Assembly: GCA_048885525.1 (NCBI GenBank)
Contig: JBHLLP010000034.1
Span: 1-35,901, forward strand
Direction: 5' to 3'
DNA from: Candidatus Hermodarchaeota archaeon
Lineage (GTDB): Archaea > Asgardarchaeota > Lokiarchaeia > Sigyniarchaeales > SOKP01
DNA: 35,901 bases
In this document: one piece after another, positions 18,242 through 26,131 of the stretch
How the letters are laid out: every line of letters begins with the position of its first letter
Position numbering within the stretch: position 1 is the first letter of the stretch
Position numbers and translations under genes: made by a program
Notes under the pieces: model-generated
The model's input: only the letters and a program-made list of their open reading frames with translations
What the model was told of the DNA's origin: nothing
The model's database searches: none

Positions 18242-19765
18242 TTAATCATCCGAAATATGGCTTTTAGTATCATATCCATAACTATACATATGGAATTTTT
18301 TCGGGCTAAGTAAATAATTCGGGTCAACTGTTTTTTTTATATCTTTAAAGAATTCTAAAAATTCTGGTGTATAAGCATCAGCTTCAACTATAGATTGAGA
18401 AATTGCTTCTCCAAGCCAATAATGTACTCCTCCATAGCGAACTTGATGCTTTAGTTTTTTATGCCACATTTTCATGGAAGTATCACGCTGTGTATCTACA
18501 TTATCTGCATTGAATCCTCCTACGATTACACAATTTCCATTAGGTAGAAGGAAAATAACTGTGGCAAATAAGGATATACTTCCAAGAGGGAATTGATCCT
18601 TATACTGATTATCAAATTCAGCACTAAGCTGTGCTATCCTAGGTATATCTGAAATTGGAATTTTATGGCATGTTGTACAAGACACTTTTGGTGGAGCTAT
18701 TGATATATATTTATTAAAATAGTTATAGGCGTATTTTAAATTAAATTTCCAATCTTTAGACAAAGTTGCATTCAAGTCAATTTCTTGCCATTCAAAAGGT
18801 CGAGCATCATCCTTCATAATCTCATTAGTTTTTTCAAGATACAAATCAAGAATACGTTCATCCATAGCTTCTATTAAAATTGAAAATACAGGCCCTTTTA
18901 ATCTTGGTCTTTTTTGAGGTTGATTTTCTACCATATTTGCAAGCAACTGGACGACAATAAGAGGTATAACAAGGACATCATGTAGTCCATCGCGAATTTG
19001 TGTTCTCAATTTATTCATTAGTTCAAAAACTTTATTATAATCATTTTTATGAAGCATATAATAGCGTTGAATTTTAAATGGCGTTTCTGGATATAATCGT
19101 AAATAGGCTTTAGTTTTTATACCCATTGTTCCAACATCTCCCATAAATAACCCTGTAAAATCTGGTGCCACGCCATATCTGCAAAATGGTTTGGCATATT
19201 TATTTGCTGCTGCTCCTGTTTTTATAATTGTTCCCTGAGGATTTGGTAATACAACCTCAACACCTAAACAAATATCTGGGACAAGTCCATATTTAGTTGA
19301 GCCAAAACCAGCAGTATTATTTGAAAGACCTCCTCCAATCGTTGCGGAGAAACCACTACCTGGACCAAGAACGCCTGTACTTAATCCTTTTTTATGTAAC
19401 TCTGATAATAATTGCCCCCAAGTTATACCACATTCTACTATACAATAAAAATCTGATCCATTTACTTCAATAATCTTATTCATGCGGGTTAAATCTATTA
19501 AAATCCCGCCTTCTGAAACTGAACCTCCTACTAGATCAGCCCCTCCCCCTCTTGGAACCATATGAATCTTATGTTTATTTGCAATTTTAACAATTTCAGA
19601 TACTTCTTCAGTACTTTCAGGCCTTACTATCATATCAGCCCATCGATCTGGGAAAGCAGGATCAACATTTCGTGAATATGCTGCCTTTATGAAATCTTTA
19701 TCTGTTATAAAATCTGAGCCTACAACGTTTTCGATTTCTTTATATGCATTTTTAACTTTTGACAT
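18242..19765 (-). CDS. FAD-binding oxidoreductase (VAO/PCMH-type; GlcD/D-lactate dehydrogenase-like)
   Basis: VRPESTEEVSEIVK, PRGGG, DLTRMNKI, ATIGG, GTMGIKTK, IKKTVDPNYLLSP. Confidence 0.88.
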   Translation of the reverse strand: MSKVKNAYKEIENVVGSDFITDKDFIKAAYSRNVDPAFPDRWADMIVRPESTEEVSEIVKIANKHKIHMVPRGGGADLVGGSVSEGGILIDLTRMNKIIEVNGSDFYCIVECGITWGQLLSELHKKGLSTGVLGPGSGFSATIGGGLSNNTAGFGSTKYGLVPDICLGVEVVLPNPQGTIIKTGAAANKYAKPFCRYGVAPDFTGLFMGDVGTMGIKTKAYLRLYPETPFKIQRYYMLHKNDYNKVFELMNKLRTQIRDGLHDVLVIPLIVVQLLANMVENQPQKRPRLKGPVFSILIEAMDERILDLYLEKTNEIMKDDARPFEWQEIDLNATLSKDWKFNLKYAYNYFNKYISIAPPKVSCTTCHKIPISDIPRIAQLSAEFDNQYKDQFPLGSISLFATVIFLLPNGNCVIVGGFNADNVDTQRDTSMKMWHKKLKHQVRYGGVHYWLGEAISQSIVEADAYTPEFLEFFKDIKKTVDPNYLLSPKKFHMYSYGYDTKSHISDD

Positions 19766-19853
19766 TTTTTAAATAAAATTTTTGAATCTAATATTAATAC
19801 AATTGTACTTCTAAATTAAAAAAAGTTTAGTTAATGGCAAAAATTGAAAAGGA

Positions 19854-20186
19854 TTACATCCAAGATACAATTTTTTGGGTTTCAACCAAAATATCTACTA
19901 AATCTTCATATTCAATTGCTTTTACTTGATTAATTAAATTATTAGGATCCATCCCTCGAGCTTTTATATCTGGTATTATAGCACAAACATTAACTGGCAG
20001 GTTTAATAAAGTCTTTATGGATTCAGGAGTTATTCCTTTTCTTGACGTACCAATTACGCCATCCTGTATCAAAACAATATTTATTTCAAGATCTAAAGAT
20101 GTCTGTTCTTTTAAAATCTCAATTAATGTTTCTAATTTATCATTTGAATTTGGACTAAAACCATACAAATAGACTATAGAATTCAT
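19854..20186 (-). CDS. dsrH: DsrH/TusB-like sulfur relay subunit
   Basis: VLIQDGV, DIKARG, IEYEDLVD..IVSW. SD GGAGGT upstream. Confidence 0.8.
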   Translation of the reverse strand: MNSIVYLYGFSPNSNDKLETLIEILKEQTSLDLEINIVLIQDGVIGTSRKGITPESIKTLLNLPVNVCAIIPDIKARGMDPNNLINQVKAIEYEDLVDILVETQKIVSWM

Positions 20187-20209
20187 TACTATTAATTCAA
20201 CCTCCTTAG

Positions 20210-20578
20210 TTAATATTTGAAAGTCATATCAGCCTCAAAAATAAGTTGAGATATTTCTCGCGTTCCGATAATTTTTGTATTTTCCTCTAAGATAAGATCA
20301 GTGACTTCAAGTCCCGCTGCTTTCAATGCATCATCATGAATAAAAATTTTTAATTCAGAAAGTTCTATTAATCTTATAATATTTGTAAAGTTATTTACAT
20401 ATATTGCATGTGGCCTTAAATTTTTATTCATGAAATAGACAGCATCTTTAAGTAGAATAACTTTACACTCATCAATGTCACCTACAGCAAGAATTCCCGC
20501 CGCCATTCGTATAGATTCCACTACTGAATTTTTTCCAAATGGAGAGTCTTCACAAATAATTACTACAGATCTTACCAT
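20210..20578 (-). CDS. dsrF: DsrF/TusC-like sulfur relay subunit
   Basis: SPFG...ESIR, LLKDAVY, DALKAAGL. The start at ATG 20578 follows GGAGG at the end of the upstream gene. Confidence 0.75.
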   Translation of the reverse strand: MVRSVVIICEDSPFGKNSVVESIRMAAGILAVGDIDECKVILLKDAVYFMNKNLRPHAIYVNNFTNIIRLIELSELKIFIHDDALKAAGLEVTDLILEENTKIIGTREISQLIFEADMTFKY

Positions 20579-20582
20579 TCTT

Positions 20583-20951
20583 TCAACCTCCAGGACCAAA
20601 AAATATCACTTTATCTGATCTAGCAATTAAATCTGAGAGTCCTCCTAATCCTTCTCGAGCTGCTCCTTCTACAAATTCTTCAACCTTAATTCCTGTAAAA
20701 CTAATCCATGTACTACAAGCAATTGGTTCCGTATTATTCTTTTTACAGAATTCCTTAAGTCTATTTGATAAGTTGCGAACCGATGTATCTTTTAAAGTTC
20801 TCTCTTTAATATTATAGACACCGCTCCCATATAGAAAAATTCCCAAAATTGTATGTCCTTTTTTTACTATAGCTTCGCCTATATTAATCATAGTATCTAT
20901 TGCCTCATACTTATAAGGCTCTGCACATACAACGAAAGTAAATAATACCAT
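20583..20951 (-). CDS. dsrE: DsrE/TusD-like sulfurtransferase subunit
   Basis: EPY, GHTILGIFLYGSGVYN, Cys in IACSTW at the DsrE/TusD active-Cys position, GLGGLSDLI..SDKVIFF. Confidence 0.82.
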   Translation of the reverse strand: MVLFTFVVCAEPYKYEAIDTMINIGEAIVKKGHTILGIFLYGSGVYNIKERTLKDTSVRNLSNRLKEFCKKNNTEPIACSTWISFTGIKVEEFVEGAAREGLGGLSDLIARSDKVIFFGPGG

Positions 20952-21035
20952 CTAAAAATTTCATAAATTTTGTTATTAAATTTAAACAAAAGAATTACAT
21001 TAAAAATTTAATTCTTACTTTAATGAAAAATTATA

Positions 21036-21046
21036 AAATAAAAAAA
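21036..21046 (-). terminator. Oligo-T terminator after arsM
   Basis: Minus-strand tttttttatttt about 15 nt after the arsM stop. Confidence 0.45.
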
Positions 21047-21059
21047 TAGAGTTAAAAAT

Positions 21060-21980
21060 TCATTTTAAAGGTTTTATTGCTTTTACTTTGATACTTTTAC
21101 TGTCAATATCTAATTGATCTAAATTTCTAACTGTTTCAATTTGGTCTCCTAAAGCTTCTTTAATATTATCATCATTTAGGATAAATTCAGTTGTAGAGAA
21201 ATTACTTTGATCAAGAATTTCTACATCTTTAAATCCTACATTTTCAATAGCTTCAATATATTCATTTTTCAAGATTGCTCCACCAATACAGCCTACGTAA
21301 GCTTGTACGTTTTTTCTAATAACATCAGGGAGCTCCTTTAATAATACAATATCTGAGACTGTTATTCTTCCTCCTGGTTTTAATACACGAAAAGCTTCGC
21401 GAAATACATTCTCTTTATTTGGGGCAAGATTAATTACACAATTAGATATAATAAGATCAACTGAATTATCTGCAACGGGTAAGTGTTCAATTTCGCCGAG
21501 TCTAAATTCAACATTATCATAATTGCCATTTCTTGCATTTTCTCGAGCTCTATCGATCATTGAGGGAGTCATATCTACACCAATGACTTTTCCAGTTTTA
21601 CCAACCTTCTTTGCAGCAATAAAACAATCTAATCCACCTCCAGAACCAAGATCTAAAACAGTTTCACCTTCTTGTATCGAAGCATGAGCCGTAGGATTAC
21701 CACATCCTAGCGCTAAATTAGCTCCATCTGGAACATTTTGTAAATCGTCTTTAGAATAACCTAGCTCTGCGCTATACTTATCTAAAAATTCATCTAATTT
21801 ATCAGCAGAAATTCTAATTGTACCACCACAACTCTCAGAACTACAAGAATTTTGGATTATTTGGTCTGTATCCGCAGCTGGGCCACAACAACTTGAAACT
21901 CGTCGGGTTCCTACTTTTCCATATTCTTCTCTCACAATTTTTCTGATTTTATCTTCTTCACGTGTTTTTTCTTCTACCAT
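21060..21980 (-). CDS. arsM: Arsenite S-adenosylmethionine methyltransferase
   Basis: N-terminal [49 protein letters not shown]: all ArsM Cys positions present. SD GGAGG. Confidence 0.92.
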   Translation of the reverse strand: MVEEKTREEDKIRKIVREEYGKVGTRRVSSCCGPAADTDQIIQNSCSSESCGGTIRISADKLDEFLDKYSAELGYSKDDLQNVPDGANLALGCGNPTAHASIQEGETVLDLGSGGGLDCFIAAKKVGKTGKVIGVDMTPSMIDRARENARNGNYDNVEFRLGEIEHLPVADNSVDLIISNCVINLAPNKENVFREAFRVLKPGGRITVSDIVLLKELPDVIRKNVQAYVGCIGGAILKNEYIEAIENVGFKDVEILDQSNFSTTEFILNDDNIKEALGDQIETVRNLDQLDIDSKSIKVKAIKPLK

Positions 21981-22001
21981 ATTTATTCCTCCTTTGTTTT
22001 T

Positions 22002-22805
22002 TTATTTTTTAATACCTTTAAATAGGCAGTAGCCGAGTGTTCCATTAAGGACTACTTCCCAAAATTTTTTCTGATTTTCAAGTGCTCTTTTGACACCATC
22101 TTCTCCATATTCTAGAGTTATTTTTTTAATTGTGGTAGCTAACTCAGTGTGAGTTAATACCTTTGAATAATGTTCGACTTCTCTATCTTTTCGGATTTTC
22201 CAAAACATCTCTGGTTTTGACCATTCATCAAATTCGGTCACAATTTCTTTAACTCCTGCTTTTTGTAGCATTTGAATCCATTGTTCAAGTTCTAATGGTG
22301 TTGTTCCATATCGTTCAGAGATTTCATCCTTCTCCTCATCAGGAAGATTTTTACGCCAAGTTGATTCGTGAATTACTATAACTCCATTTGGTTTAGCAAC
22401 TCTAACCATCTCATCTAATACTTTCTGTGAATCATCAGGAATTCCAACGGCACACTCATTAATTACAACATCATAACTATTGTTTTCAAATGGTAAAGAT
22501 TGAGAATCACCCAATTTAAAGGAAGTTGAATTTTCAACTCCTTCTTTCTTTGCATTTTCTTTTGCCGATTGTATCATTTCATTAGAAATATCAAGACCAG
22601 TCACTTCTACACCAAATTGTTTAGCATAAAAAATAGATTGAATCCCTCTTCCACTTGATACATCCAAGACTTTTATTCCAGGTTTTAAATTAGCAAGTTC
22701 AGCAGTTCTTCGAGTTAAAGCCATTCCACCGGGATGTAATGTTTCAATCCCACTAATTTCGATAACATCCTCTATTGTCGGTTTATAAATTCCTTTTCTT
22801 TTCAT
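22002..22805 (-). CDS. Class I SAM-dependent methyltransferase (HPGG type)
   Basis: LHPGGMALT, VLDVSSGRG, LPFENNSYDVVINEC, EMVRVAKPNG, LGYCLFKG. ATGA overlap with the upstream gene. Confidence 0.85.
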   Translation of the reverse strand: MKRKGIYKPTIEDVIEISGIETLHPGGMALTRRTAELANLKPGIKVLDVSSGRGIQSIFYAKQFGVEVTGLDISNEMIQSAKENAKKEGVENSTSFKLGDSQSLPFENNSYDVVINECAVGIPDDSQKVLDEMVRVAKPNGVIVIHESTWRKNLPDEEKDEISERYGTTPLELEQWIQMLQKAGVKEIVTEFDEWSKPEMFWKIRKDREVEHYSKVLTHTELATTIKKITLEYGEDGVKRALENQKKFWEVVLNGTLGYCLFKGIKK

Positions 22806-23116
22806 AATCGTTCTTTCTTATTTTTTTGATTATCTTCTCGTTGTACTACAATTTTTAAAACAGGTCCTAATGCGTTTTGTACCATTGGCTCTAATATGTC
22901 TGCTTTCATCAAGATCAAGCAACACGGGGTTCCTCCTGCTCCTACATTTACAATGGCAAATCTATCTCCTTCCTTTATATTTTCTTTTTCTCGGAGATCC
23001 TTCGGTAATAATATTTGCCCTTTTCTATCTACAGTAACTAGTGCTTCAACCTTACAACACTCTGAATCCATAGTCGATGGGTCACAAGCAACTTTTTGAT
23101 TTTCTTGTCTGGACAT
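22802..23116 (-). CDS. AbrB/MazE/SpoVT-fold protein with two CC motifs (resembles the 'HgcAB-associated protein' family), 104 aa
   Basis: ECCKVEALVTVDRKGQILLPKDLREKENIKEGDRFAIV...PCCLILMKAD. The real start is ATG 23116, 30 nt below a TATA box; the ORF-track leader is translated promoter repeats. Confidence 0.8.
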   Translation of the reverse strand: MSRQENQKVACDPSTMDSECCKVEALVTVDRKGQILLPKDLREKENIKEGDRFAIVNVGAGGTPCCLILMKADILEPMVQNALGPVLKIVVQREDNQKNKKERL

Positions 23117-23138
23117 AATTATTATAAGAATTTTTATC

Positions 23139-23153
23139 TTTATAAGCTTTTTC
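23139..23153 (-). promoter_or_regulatory. BRE/TATA promoter of the AbrB-MTase-arsM operon (leaderless)
   Basis: Minus strand GAAAAAG-CTTATAAA; TATA at 23146-23139, ATG at 23116. Confidence 0.65.
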
Positions 23154-23193
23154 CCCGTTTTCCCATTTTTCCTACTTTTCCTACTTTTCGAAT
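23149..23193. repeat. Five tandem 9-bp direct repeats (TTTTCNNNN), candidate operator
   Basis: ttttccccg ttttcccat ttttcctac ttttcctac ttttcgaat. Confidence 0.85.
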
Positions 23194-23308
23194 TCAATCC
23201 TATCTTATGTAGAAACTATAGGCTAAGTTGAAGAAACATATAAAAGAGAAAATAAGTAATATCACGGTATAAAACTATATAAAACTAAATAATTTCTAAT
23301 GTTAAGAA

Positions 23309-23920
23309 ATGATATATTCACCTGATATATGTACTTGGAAAGATACTTCAGAGTGTGAAGATTGTCCAATTAATGGAGAACTGATATGTCATTTTCATTA
23401 TAAATATTTAATTAGTTTTCTTGGATTTTTTTTTATTTTTGCTGTTACCGCTTTTATTGGTGTTATATTAGGCGGTTATGGTTGGTATTTATTAGGATGG
23501 ATTGGTTTCTGGTTATTTTTCTTTGAAGTTTGGGAGATTCGAATTCTTTGTAGTCATTGTCCTTATTATGCTGAAGAAGGGAGAATCTTACATTGTATTG
23601 CTAATTATAGCAGTCTTAAACTTTGGAAATATCATCCGGAACCTATGAATTTATCAGAAAAATTTCAATTAATAATTGGATTTATTATTTTGATGGGATA
23701 TCCATTGATCTTTTTAATATTAGGCTATCAATTTATCATTTTGATAATTTCGATTATTGAAATTATAGTTTTTTTTAGTTTTTTAATTATAAGAAGATGC
23801 GGAAGTTGTCCAAATTTCTCTTGTCCGTTTAATCGTGTAAAAAAAGAAGTGGTTGATTTATTTCTAAATAAAAATCCAGTAATGAAAGAAGCATGGGAAA
23901 ATGCAGGTTATAAGATTTAA
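23309..23920 (+). CDS. Conserved-looking Cys-rich 4-TM membrane protein of unknown function
   Basis: Ten Cys in C-x7-CxxC-x7-CH, CSHCPYY..HC and CGSCPNFSCP clusters flanking TM hairpins. TATA (tatataaa, about 23276-23283) upstream. Confidence 0.75.
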   Translation: MIYSPDICTWKDTSECEDCPINGELICHFHYKYLISFLGFFFIFAVTAFIGVILGGYGWYLLGWIGFWLFFFEVWEIRILCSHCPYYAEEGRILHCIANYSSLKLWKYHPEPMNLSEKFQLIIGFIILMGYPLIFLILGYQFIILIISIIEIIVFFSFLIIRRCGSCPNFSCPFNRVKKEVVDLFLNKNPVMKEAWENAGYKI

Positions 23921-23946
23921 GACAATAGTTCATTATCTTTTAGAAA

Positions 23947-25017
23947 CTAAAACTTATATTTATCTCTAAATGATTTAACTCGTTGTAAATACACCTCTTG
24001 AAAGTGTTCTTTCTCATTATTAGGAAGAAAACTACACTTCAAGGCCGTTATATTAATTTTTATTAAATCCTCTAAAGTAAAACCAAAATAGCGAATCGCC
24101 TTCATATAATCATCCGTTAAATCTGAATCTTGAATAGTAGGGTCATCTGAATTTATTGTCACTGGAACTCCATTTCTATATAATCTCCCAATAGGATGAT
24201 TCTTTTCACCATTTCGCCATGATCCCGTTAAAGAGTTAGATGTAATACATTGTTCTAATGCAATATCTTTCTTTTTCAGATATTTTTGTAATTTTTTGTC
24301 ATGTATAACTGATGTTCCATGACCAATTCGAGATGCATGCAGCTCTTTTATAGCTGTCCAAACTTGTTCTGAAGATGTCACTTCACCAGCATGTATTGTT
24401 ATTTTATGTTGATTTCTTTTATATATTTCATCAAATGCTGGAATGAACAATTTAGGGGGAAAATTGAATTCGTCTCCAGCTAGATCTATACCGACAATTT
24501 CTTTAAGATTTAAGGAAGCAATTTGATTGTATATTCTAAGTATTTCATCTGATGTTTGAGTTCTTCTACTGAAGGTTATTAAATACCGAAGGTGGAGATC
24601 AACATCTTTAGCTGCTTTATTACCATTCTTTATTATTAATTTTGCGACCTCAATAGGATCAAAATTATACTGACGAGCAAAATAATGAGGAGCAAGTCTA
24701 AGCTCAACATAAAAAACTCCATCTTCTTTAAGTTTTCTAATTGAGTGATATGTAATTGAAGAAATCTCTTCAAGAGATTTGAATAAATTTATTTGAAATT
24801 TTGAGATAAATGCTAAAAAATCTGGTTTTGAATCTTTAGGAAATTGATATTTTCTTTTAAAAGTTGCAAAATCCTTGAATTCCTCTGAATTATTTCTTAG
24901 TGCAATTTCACTTAAATTAAATAAATCTAGTGATCCTTCAAGATGGCGATGAAGTTCTACCTTCGGAAAGTTCCTTAATGTTTGCTTATCTAATCTTTTA
25001 ATTTTATTTTTACTCAT
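23947..25017 (-). CDS. add: Adenosine/adenine deaminase
   Basis: PKVELHRHLEGS, GIDLAGDE, TIHAGE, RIGHG, EQCITSN, INSDDP. Confidence 0.9.
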   Translation of the reverse strand: MSKNKIKRLDKQTLRNFPKVELHRHLEGSLDLFNLSEIALRNNSEEFKDFATFKRKYQFPKDSKPDFLAFISKFQINLFKSLEEISSITYHSIRKLKEDGVFYVELRLAPHYFARQYNFDPIEVAKLIIKNGNKAAKDVDLHLRYLITFSRRTQTSDEILRIYNQIASLNLKEIVGIDLAGDEFNFPPKLFIPAFDEIYKRNQHKITIHAGEVTSSEQVWTAIKELHASRIGHGTSVIHDKKLQKYLKKKDIALEQCITSNSLTGSWRNGEKNHPIGRLYRNGVPVTINSDDPTIQDSDLTDDYMKAIRYFGFTLEDLIKINITALKCSFLPNNEKEHFQEVYLQRVKSFRDKYKF

Positions 25018-25149
25018 AGAAATCCAAGATTTTTTTATAATCTAAAGAAATAAAGATGAATACCCTATTTACAAAACAAATAAATATTCTATCTAAGAAT
25101 ATAAGATTTATAACTTTTATAATTCATAACTATAACCTATATTATGAGA

Positions 25150-25240
25150 AAAATTTATGGAAAATAACAGGTTTGCATAATTCCATTTTACCAATTTTAT
25201 AAGATTCAAACAAAACAAACATGTTATTTCGCCAAATTTT
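25150..25240. repeat. Imperfect ~25-bp inverted repeat with a 40-nt spacer in a divergent intergenic region
   Basis: aaaatttatggaaaataacaggtttg (25150-25175) versus the reverse complement of 25216-25240, aaaatttggcgaaataacatgtttg. Confidence 0.6.
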
Positions 25241-25327
25241 AATATTTAATATGTTAACATTTTCTTATTTATTTTATATTTTCTATATTTTAATAAAGAT
25301 TAAATTAAATTGATTTTTGCATAGATT

Positions 25328-25744
25328 ATGTCTGAACCTAGTCCTCTTAAATCAAAAGGATTTCACCCATTTGGAGACTTAATTGGGTTTGAATTTATTA
25401 AGTTGAGAAAGGGGTATTCTCAGTGTGTTTTACAGATTAATAAGAACCACTTTAATCCACATAAAACAGTCCATGGTGCTGTGATGTATTCAATGGCAGA
25501 TACAGGGATGGGGGGAGCTTTGTATTCTTTATTAGAAAAGAATGAATCATGTGCAACTGTAGAAATAAAAATTACATATTTTAAAGCAGTTAAAGAGGGA
25601 ATTCTTATTTGTGATACAAAAGTAATTCACAGAGGTAAATCATTTGGAGTTCTTGAATCTGAAATTATGAATGGTGAAACTCTAGTCTCAAAAGCTTATG
25701 GAACTTTTTCTATTTTTAAGCTTGAAAAACCAAGAGAATACTAA
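25328..25744 (+). CDS. PaaI family hotdog-fold thioesterase
   Basis: HFNPHKTVHGAVMYSMADTGMG, ATVEIKITYFKAV, VIHRGK. Confidence 0.9.
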   Translation: MSEPSPLKSKGFHPFGDLIGFEFIKLRKGYSQCVLQINKNHFNPHKTVHGAVMYSMADTGMGGALYSLLEKNESCATVEIKITYFKAVKEGILICDTKVIHRGKSFGVLESEIMNGETLVSKAYGTFSIFKLEKPREY

Positions 25745-25786
25745 TGTATCAAATATAATATAAGAAATGAAATAGGAAAGCTTGTT

Positions 25787-26131
25787 ATGAAAGAGAAGAA
25801 ATGTATTGTAATTGAAGATTATGAATCTCCTTACACAGAACCACTAATAATGAATAAAGGGGAAATTTTAACAATTGAAGAGAAAGAAAGCGAATGGTCT
25901 GGTTGGATTTGGTGTACAAATAAATTTGGAGAGAGTCGATGGGTACCTGAAAAATATCTTGAAATTCATGGAAATATGTGTGAAATATTACAGGATTATA
26001 ATGCAACAGAATTATCTGTTACAATTGGAGAGGAACTAATCATTGAAAAAGAAGAAGCTGAGTGGTATTGGGTTACAAATCAGCAAGGTAAACCAGGCTG
26101 GGTTCCTATAAAAAATGTAAAAATTATTTAA
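25787..26131 (+). CDS. Tandem SH3-domain protein
   Basis: Two units: IEDY..LIMNKGE..GWIWC..RWVPEKYL and LQDY..ELSVTIGE..WYWV..GWVPIKNV. Confidence 0.82.
   Translation: MKEKKCIVIEDYESPYTEPLIMNKGEILTIEEKESEWSGWIWCTNKFGESRWVPEKYLEIHGNMCEILQDYNATELSVTIGEELIIEKEEAEWYWVTNQQGKPGWVPIKNVKII

Noticed and set aside
20186-20205. Possible fourth ATA start for dsrH (GGAGGT-7nt-ATA GTA ATG)
   Set aside because: An in-frame ATG two codons later is an adequate start, so the case is ambiguous.
20583-22805. Possible selenocysteine readthrough at the TGA stops of dsrE, arsM and the AbrB gene
   Set aside because: Each TGA falls at the expected family C-terminus or in an ATGA overlap; catalytic positions are already Cys, and no SECIS-like hairpin was recognised.
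23149-23193. CRISPR-like interpretation of the tandem repeats
   Set aside because: The 9-bp period with no spacers is far too short, and there are no cas genes.
23117-23197. Basic repetitive N-terminal extension (KSRKSRKNGKTGK) on the AbrB ORF
   Set aside because: It is the 9-bp promoter repeat read in frame; the TATA box lies inside it.
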